Source: a virus. From it: a stretch of 64,000 bases of DNA. Shown in pieces: positions 58,018 to 64,000 of the stretch (position 1 is the first letter of the stretch; every line of letters begins with the position of its first letter). Where the stretch lies: positions 40,787-104,786 of the IMG/VR virus record IMGVR_UViG_3300032249_000480; one strand, 5' to 3'. Below the pieces are notes generated by a model that searched no databases, was not told where the DNA came from, and saw only the letters and a program-made list of their open reading frames with translations. The position numbers were made by a program, and so were the translations under genes.

Positions 58018-58864
58018 TTAGGTCCTCCATTATTTCATTAAATAAATCTCTTTTGAATTTAATCCACCAAGATACTGCCTGATGCATATTGTTTGGATAG
58101 TTACTATATAAGTTTACCATTAAACTTGATAAATCTTCCCAATAATTTACAGATACTATTGGCATTGTTTGCTTAAATAATGGACCAAAATAGTTTGGCT
58201 TTTCGTCTTTTGGTGTTGTGCTATCAACTATTGGATAACATAATAATTCCAAGGCTTCGTAAAATCTAAAAGAATCAAGAACCACTATTCCAGAAGGGCA
58301 GGGTATAAATTTAGATCTAGCCATATTACTATAATAAACATCTGGGATATCTCCTTGTGTAAAGCCTTCAGTAAATTTATATATTGTGTTAGGTATATTT
58401 GGCAACACTTTTGATAGTTGCTTCCTTCTATTATGATTTATTTGACCGCTAAAATATAAATCAATGTCTTTTGTTTTATAGGTTGGAGCGTATTCTTTAA
58501 AATGTTGAGGAGCACCTTGTGGAAGTTTTTTATACTTTTCATGTTTATCATGTGGATATTGTATCCATATTGATGCATTACGATGAGTTATCTTATCTGC
58601 ATCAAACAGCCCTGCTTCATCACCCATTACAAAAAGAACTACTCTTCCTATATTGTTTAATTCAGCAGATATCTTTTCTTCTAAACCTGCATTAGATGGT
58701 CCAGGTATTGCAACAAATGCTTTATCACAATATTCTAATGATTTTACATTAACTTGTTCAATATTTTTTCTTTCACAAAATTCTTTTAAAATGCCATAAT
58801 CCCATTTATTTGCAGCAGAATCTGTTCCTTCAGCAGAATAAAGGTATAGTTTAAATTGGCTCAT
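58004..58864 (-). CDS. Exostosin (GT47)-like glycosyltransferase
   Basis: LYFSGQ...RR...SKFIPCPSG...SFRFYEALELLCYPIV. Confidence 0.7.
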   Translation of the reverse strand: MSQFKLYLYSAEGTDSAANKWDYGILKEFCERKNIEQVNVKSLEYCDKAFVAIPGPSNAGLEEKISAELNNIGRVVLFVMGDEAGLFDADKITHRNASIWIQYPHDKHEKYKKLPQGAPQHFKEYAPTYKTKDIDLYFSGQINHNRRKQLSKVLPNIPNTIYKFTEGFTQGDIPDVYYSNMARSKFIPCPSGIVVLDSFRFYEALELLCYPIVDSTTPKDEKPNYFGPLFKQTMPIVSVNYWEDLSSLMVNLYSNYPNNMHQAVSWWIKFKRDLFNEIMEDLNEQR

Positions 58865-59564
58865 AAAGGAAGTGAACCTCATGTTGATAATCTAAATAAG
58901 TTTCCTTATATCCCATGCCCTTAATCCACTGTCTAAGATCATATAGGTATTCATTCCATTGCTGTATCATAAATTCTGGATGACCAGATAGCCAAATCTT
59001 TGGTTTAAATTCTCTCATTACTTTTTCTGCACCACCCAACACACGCCACTCACTGCCCTCTACGTCTAAAGAAATTGCGGTAGGTGGTTTAATACCATGA
59101 TCATAAACACAAGAGTCTATAGTAATTTGACCATAGTTAGCACCCTCAAGATATAGTTCTTTAAATCCATGAGCAGCCTCAATTGTTTGATTAGCCTCTG
59201 GTGGAAATTCGCTATAGTAAATACGAGCAAGATCATTAACTTTGTCAGATGCAAATCCAGGAATACATGCTAATGGCATTTCTAAATTGTTTGCTTCCCA
59301 TAACAAAGGAAAATGAGACCAAACTTTTGGATTAGGTTCAAACAAAACAACTTCAGCACCCCACATTTGGCACAAAGCAGGGAACTCTCCTTCTTCTGCT
59401 CCAACATAGTAAACAACATCTCCATTGCCAAGTACTTCATGCATAGATTTAAGTCTAGGTTTTTCCCACCCATGATCTTGATACCAATCTGGCCTTACTG
59501 CACGATGTTCTGGCAACACTATTTCAAATTCTCCATTGATCAGAGACTTAATCATTTCAGTCAT
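58851..59564 (-). CDS. FkbM-family SAM methyltransferase
   Basis: YYVGAEEG, FEPNP, SLDVEGSEWRVLGG. Confidence 0.85.
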   Translation of the reverse strand: MTEMIKSLINGEFEIVLPEHRAVRPDWYQDHGWEKPRLKSMHEVLGNGDVVYYVGAEEGEFPALCQMWGAEVVLFEPNPKVWSHFPLLWEANNLEMPLACIPGFASDKVNDLARIYYSEFPPEANQTIEAAHGFKELYLEGANYGQITIDSCVYDHGIKPPTAISLDVEGSEWRVLGGAEKVMREFKPKIWLSGHPEFMIQQWNEYLYDLRQWIKGMGYKETYLDYQHEVHFLYEPI

Positions 59565-60514
59565 ATCTTTAACTCCTTTAATATAGTTGCCCATCTGTCT
59601 ACATATGTATGCTCATCTATTGTTCTATCATGTCCAGCAAGGCGAATAGACTCTCTTTCTTCGTTATGCTCTAAGTAATAGTCAATTTTATTTTTTAGAT
59701 CTGTAAGATCACCATGCTTGTAGAATACAACTTCTTCATCAGTAAACAAATCATGAAGCCCATCAATGTCAGGGTAGATAGTAAATCCACCACGACCAGT
59801 AGACTCAAACAATCTATCACTTGTATAGTAAGGATAGTTAAACCCTATGTTAAGGCTATCTCCAATTGCAATTTTGCTACGTGCATAGATTCTGTTTAAA
59901 TCATTACCACGCACAGTTCCAGTATCACCATCTCCACCCACATGAAGAAATCTTTTACCATAAGTTGCTCTTAAGAAATCTATTAATTGTGGACGGTATG
60001 GATATTCATGATGATAACGCTTACTACCAACAAAGATTACATCATAGTCAAAAGACTCTCCATCGTAATGGTCATGTAGATAGCACTCTTTACCAAACAC
60101 ACCTGCTGGCAAAAAATGTCCTTTAACATTTGTATTTTCATTAAACCAATCAGACATTAATTTATCTACTGTAAAGAAATGACCAATTGTTTTATAAAAA
60201 TTATCTTTTTCTAAATCTTTTTGACGATCTAAACCAAACCACAAATCAAGATGATAAGTCATTGTTGGTATATTTAGTTCTTTGAGTTGCTCAAGAACAG
60301 TATCCATGCTTATATTTCCTGTTGTTTGCCAGCCATGTGTGTGTACCCAGACAAATAGATCGCTATCTTTTGCAAATCTCAGTATTGTGTCTGTACTTTC
60401 TTGTGCTTCTTGTAGTTTAACTACTTTGTGCCCTAAAGATTCTAGGCTTTTAGCATGATGGTTTTCACTACTATAAGATACCTGAAAGTTACCAAGAAAT
60501 GTTATTGTTGCCAT
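59561..60514 (-). CDS. CgeB-like GT-B glycosyltransferase
   Basis: YDVIFVGS, IYARSKIAIG, SDRLFESTGRGGF, HTYVDR. Confidence 0.82.
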   Translation of the reverse strand: MATITFLGNFQVSYSSENHHAKSLESLGHKVVKLQEAQESTDTILRFAKDSDLFVWVHTHGWQTTGNISMDTVLEQLKELNIPTMTYHLDLWFGLDRQKDLEKDNFYKTIGHFFTVDKLMSDWFNENTNVKGHFLPAGVFGKECYLHDHYDGESFDYDVIFVGSKRYHHEYPYRPQLIDFLRATYGKRFLHVGGDGDTGTVRGNDLNRIYARSKIAIGDSLNIGFNYPYYTSDRLFESTGRGGFTIYPDIDGLHDLFTDEEVVFYKHGDLTDLKNKIDYYLEHNEERESIRLAGHDRTIDEHTYVDRWATILKELKI

Positions 60515-60537
60515 TAAGCGTTAGTCAATCTTTGCAT
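60514..60537 (-). CDS. Leaderless 7-codon upstream ORF (MQRLTNA)
   Basis: ATG 7 nt after TGATATAAT; its TAA overlaps the ATG of the next gene. Confidence 0.5.
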   Translation of the reverse strand: MQRLTNA

Positions 60538-60572
60538 ATTAATGATTATATCAGGTTTTCAATATTATATTA

Positions 60573-61184
60573 TTATGTATGAGTAATCCAATTTACAACA
60601 GCAAACTTTTCTCCAGATTCAACTGGTAGCGCTTCGTGTGCAAATAAAAAATTTGAAGGGAAAATTACCATAGAGTTTGCTTTTGGCTTAAATTTTATTC
60701 CAATATATTTAAAGTCAATTTCTCCTCCAGAGTAATCGTCATTTAAATATATAAGATAGGATATAACTCTATTATTATGTGACCCCCAATCATTATGAAA
60801 ATTAAACTTTTGACCACCTCTATATCTTAAAAGTGTGTTTGTTTTTTCTGGATCATTCATATATGGTCCTTGAGGATATTCTTTGGTGTACATGTCAATT
60901 CCAGTTTTTATATGAACATTAAAAGAGACTGCTAGTTTGCCTATAATTTGATAAAAAGGATCTTGACTTATTAAAGATTTTGGATTCATACCTAAAGAAT
61001 CATTGTTTCTATATTTAATATTAATTTTATCATTATCTTTATATCCTACTTTTGCTGTTTCCCATTTTGCAGTTGATTCTGGATTATTACTTATTTCATA
61101 AACATCTTTCATTATTGTTTCATAATTGTCTAGAATATCAGGTATTACCATTAGTCCTGGGAAAATTATATTATTATTAGTCAT
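60573..61184 (-). CDS. Prolyl-4-hydroxylase-like 2OG-Fe(II) oxygenase
   Basis: LLRY...HND...RVISYLIYLNDDYSGGE...HEALPVESGEK. Confidence 0.88.
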   Translation of the reverse strand: MTNNNIIFPGLMVIPDILDNYETIMKDVYEISNNPESTAKWETAKVGYKDNDKINIKYRNNDSLGMNPKSLISQDPFYQIIGKLAVSFNVHIKTGIDMYTKEYPQGPYMNDPEKTNTLLRYRGGQKFNFHNDWGSHNNRVISYLIYLNDDYSGGEIDFKYIGIKFKPKANSMVIFPSNFLFAHEALPVESGEKFAVVNWITHT

Positions 61185-61202
61185 AGTTCATTATACACCT
61201 AG

Positions 61203-61275
61203 CGCCCCTGGCAAAAATTGAACCTGCGACACATGGCTTAGAAGTCCATTGTTCTATCCACTGAACTACAGAGGC
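61203..61275 (-). tRNA. tRNA-Arg(TCT), partly degenerate
   Basis: Acceptor GCCTCTG/CAGGGGC; anticodon loop CT-TCT-AA; A.G mismatch in anticodon stem; two G.U pairs in T stem; no CCA. Confidence 0.7.
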
Positions 61276-61276
61276 T

Positions 61277-61352
61277 TGGCTGGTCTGGCAGGCTACGATC
61301 CTGCGACATCCGAATTAACAGTTCGGCACTCTACCAACTGAGTTACAGACCA
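61277..61352 (-). tRNA. tRNA-Asn(GTT)
   Basis: 76-nt cloverleaf; TGGTCTG/CAGACCA; CCGAA-CTGTTAA-TTCGG; encoded CCA. Confidence 0.9.
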
Positions 61353-61353
61353 G

Positions 61354-61427
61354 TACAACAGGTAGGACTTGAACCTACGATAGCCGAATTATGAGTTCGG
61401 TGCCTTAACCAACTTGGCTACTGTTGC
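61354..61427 (-). tRNA. tRNA with CAT anticodon (Ile2 or elongator Met)
   Basis: GCAACAG/CTGTTGT; CCGAA-CTCATAA-TTCGG; GTAGG-TTCAAGT-CCTAC; lacks the initiator GGG/CCC anticodon stem. Confidence 0.85.
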
Positions 61428-61687
61428 TTATTTTTACGTTTAGAAGTTCTATCTTCAATTAATTTAATAACCATATCAATACCTTCAGAATAAGCCAAAG
61501 CATCATCTTTAGCCCACATAAGATTACCTTCATCATCAAATGAAGATCCACGATAAACTAAATACTCAGACTTCTTAGTTAGTAGTGTTTGTATAAGTTC
61601 TTTTCTTTCCCAAGAAACAGCCTTTTGACAACCATTACAAGGACAAGCCCAGTCACCACGTTCAGATGTTTGATTTGGATCAGCCAT
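61418..61687 (-). CDS. Hypothetical protein
   Basis: CPCNGC motif; stop codon falls inside the tRNA 5' end. Confidence 0.6.
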   Translation of the reverse strand: MADPNQTSERGDWACPCNGCQKAVSWERKELIQTLLTKKSEYLVYRGSSFDDEGNLMWAKDDALAYSEGIDMVIKLIEDRTSKRKNKQQ

Positions 61688-61793
61688 TATGTTCTTTCAT
61701 ATGTCTAGATAAACTATCATGAGCAAATATTCCCCAACGCAATTCCCACTCTTTGTTGCATTCTGAACATACAACTATTCTATTACTTGCCAA
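61680..61793 (-). CDS. 37-aa C2H2-like zinc finger peptide
   Basis: TTG start; CSEC...LSRHMKEH. Confidence 0.5.
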   Translation of the reverse strand: MASNRIVVCSECNKEWELRWGIFAHDSLSRHMKEHNG

Positions 61794-61906
61794 GACTACC
61801 CCAGGTAATATTTATTTCCCAGAGTAAAAAGTTGATAATAATGTGTCCATTATTAATTAGAGTTTTTGGTGCATAAAGAATTCCAAAGCCAATGTAAGGT
61901 GTTCTG

Positions 61907-62143
61907 TTAAAATTCATTTTGTCCCCTTGCAATAGCAGCACCTGCTTCAAATGCTTTCTTAGTCCTGCGACTTTTAAGCCAACCTTTACTTTCCCAAAGC
62001 GGTATCGTAGCAAGAATATCTCTAGCAATTTGCTCACGAATATCTTTAACGGTAAGAATAACTATCTCAGCAATAACTGCTTTCTTTTCATCTTCTAGGT
62101 TATCAATCCATGTCTCTAATTCTTTTTGTGTTAATTCAGACAT
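61907..62143 (-). CDS. Hypothetical protein
   Basis: GAGG SD; IREQIARDI...AAIARG. Confidence 0.65.
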   Translation of the reverse strand: MSELTQKELETWIDNLEDEKKAVIAEIVILTVKDIREQIARDILATIPLWESKGWLKSRRTKKAFEAGAAIARGQNEF

Positions 62144-62144
62144 T

Positions 62145-62357
62145 TTATTCCTCTCGCTTCCAGTGTAGGTAAGATTTTATATAAATTGCAGCGTATGCTA
62201 ATGCCATTGCTATAAAACCATATTGTTTAGTTGTTAAAGCATATGCAACCCAAAGGAATTCGTTAACAAACAAAATAAGCCATCCCCATATTGTTTTACG
62301 ACCTACAAGAAATATTCCTGTAACGCCAATAGCGGCTAATACCCAAGACCACATCAT
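62145..62357 (-). CDS. Small PnuC-like membrane protein
   Basis: Three hydrophobic segments; RKTIWGW...W..YA...QYG...Y..W. Confidence 0.5.
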   Translation of the reverse strand: MMWSWVLAAIGVTGIFLVGRKTIWGWLILFVNEFLWVAYALTTKQYGFIAMALAYAAIYIKSYLHWKREE

Positions 62358-62886
62358 TCGCTAGGTCCTGCGTATTCTTCTATCTCTCGTTTAATGTCGT
62401 TAATAGTTTTTTCTGGCATATCAAACTCTCTGTCAAAATCTGCTTTATTCATATAATCAGTATACTACAAACTCTTTGATTTGTAAAGTTCGGCGACAAG
62501 AGGGTAGTGTACCTACCTATGAGTCTTGCGACTCACTATTGGTTATCTTTTCCCATATTAGCCTACCATCTTTCCATTGAGATTGATAGCCTAAAGATTT
62601 CCAATCCATTTGCATGATCCTAGGCTCTTTCATTTGCCACCTAAAGCAAACCAGATAACCCAAACTACAGTTGCAACGCCTGCCAAAAAACCTAAGATAA
62701 ACTCAATCATTTTTTATTAACACACCACAATCTATCTGGAAGCCATTGATGGGTTTCATAGAAATCTTCTTCATCTTCTGACATGTTACACTGAATGCAA
62801 CTCGTATCCATTAATCAATCCTATCTATTTCTTCTAAACTATATGCTCCGTAATACTCCATAAAGTCTTCTTCTGTCAATGTTATT

Positions 62887-63099
62887 TCAGTATCCATTTA
62901 GGCACTCATTTCTTGTATGGTAAAGCCTTGTCTTGGTGATCGTCTTTTTTGTGGGGGCATATAAAGATTGACCACAACACCCACAATTATAACACCACTC
63001 CTTAGCAAAGAAGTCATAGATAGCACTCTTGTACAGTTGATATTTTTTAGATACAAAGGTTTGAAATGGATCAGGGATTTCTAGATTAATCATGTGCAC
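62887..63099 (-). CDS. Small Cys-rich hypothetical protein
   Basis: CGCCG...HTRNEC; within a run of short minus-strand ORFs. Confidence 0.55.
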   Translation of the reverse strand: MHMINLEIPDPFQTFVSKKYQLYKSAIYDFFAKEWCYNCGCCGQSLYAPTKKTITKTRLYHTRNECLNGY

Positions 63100-63270
63100 T
63101 CATTTGAGAAATAACACGATGCATAATAATAATAGCCTCATCTTGATTATTATCCTCAAGAAATTCAAGTGCTTGCTTAAGGTCTTTAGACCAATTGTTC
63201 ATTCTTTTAGTTGGTTTGATAATTGGTTTCATACATCAAGTATAGTCAATTTTGCAGGAGAAGTCAAGGT

Positions 63271-63801
63271 CTAAAGAATAACCTTGCGTTCCAAAGCCTT
63301 ATTGAATAACTCATGGCATTGTCTAAGATTTTTAGATTTAACAATTTCAAGGATTTGATCATACTGAGGATGTAACTTAGAAGAGAGTAAAAATGTATCT
63401 GGAAAAAAATTATTAGGATTAAGAGTAACTGGCCTATACTCAATGTCAAACAAATCAGACACATATTTAACGATTTTTTCAGTTTTATTTATGTCATCAA
63501 AATCAAATATAACATTGACATTTTTTATAACATGTTCAAGAAACTCGTTATAGGTTTTTATCTTAGAATCAATCATATTATTTATAATATTAATATCTTC
63601 ATCTGGACTAAGATTAAATGCTGCAGATGAGGCAATACAACCAATAGGCTCTCTGATAATGCTTATCATTGGGTATTGTGTAATGTAGACGTTGTGCACT
63701 CTAGTGACTTTAACATTAAGAGTTTTTCCTAGAAGTGTACAGATATGTACTGTGCCAGAGCGTTGATGAGTATTTACTACTAACTCTTTCCAAGGCTGCA
63801 T
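63271..63801 (-). CDS. Sulfotransferase-like protein
   Basis: VVNTHQRSGT (5'-phosphosulfate loop-like) and IIREPIGCIAS (3'-phosphate motif-like); leaderless start. Confidence 0.55.
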   Translation of the reverse strand: MQPWKELVVNTHQRSGTVHICTLLGKTLNVKVTRVHNVYITQYPMISIIREPIGCIASSAAFNLSPDEDINIINNMIDSKIKTYNEFLEHVIKNVNVIFDFDDINKTEKIVKYVSDLFDIEYRPVTLNPNNFFPDTFLLSSKLHPQYDQILEIVKSKNLRQCHELFNKALERKVIL

Positions 63802-64000
63802 TTATCAATTATAGCCTAATTTGGCGGGGGATATAGATAGAGCATCATAATCCCTAGTATAAGATATAACCCCTAGTAGGACATAGGCCATATAGCCAGA
63901 TATGCCAGATAGGACAAACAGTACCGTTTTTGATTAAGAAATATCGTTAACAAAATGACATTGGCAAACACCTATAATTTGATATGGCTCATTTGATACA

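Noticed and set aside
1-64000. Stop-codon reassignment, integrase or transposon
   Set aside because: Genes are intact under the standard code with TAA, TAG and TGA all used as stops; no suppressor tRNA, integrase or transposase motif found in this window.

Overview
This window is part of an AT-rich tailed dsDNA phage genome with siphovirus-like morphogenesis genes. The host is most likely a low-GC freshwater Actinobacterium, inferred from a whiB gene, many leaderless SigA-type promoters and a host-like secreted Ala/Thr-rich protein. Layout on the + strand: a 5'-truncated virion protein; portal, prohead protease/scaffold, major capsid, neck, tail tube, tail chaperones, tape measure and tail-tip genes (1-27.6 kb); a replication/recombination block with DnaB, primase, SSB, DnaE, MazG, RecA, Cas4-like nuclease and RuvC (27.6-40 kb); terminase (40.8-43.1 kb); and an accessory block with surface proteins, an Ntn protease, Hsp20, HNH, CHAP lysin, 2OG-Fe(II) oxygenases, a CysC-nucleotidyltransferase fusion, WhiB and a GT60 enzyme (43-56 kb). 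A convergent minus-strand arm carries a glycosyl/methyltransferase operon, three tRNAs, small ORFs and a sulfotransferase-like gene. Most notable observations: (1) a free-standing paralog of the capsid N-terminal arm directly behind the capsid gene; (2) tail chaperones G and GT apparently encoded as two duplicated genes rather than by frameshift; (3) a possible proline-hydroxylation, O-GlcNAc, glycan-extension, methylation and sulfation pathway with a miniature PAPS-synthase-like fusion and Pro/Thr-rich candidate substrates; (4) a stand-alone ~88-nt structured RNA carrying a near copy of the 16S rRNA 790 loop; (5) a ROSE-like thermometer on hsp20. All family assignments come from motif recognition by eye; no database searches were run.
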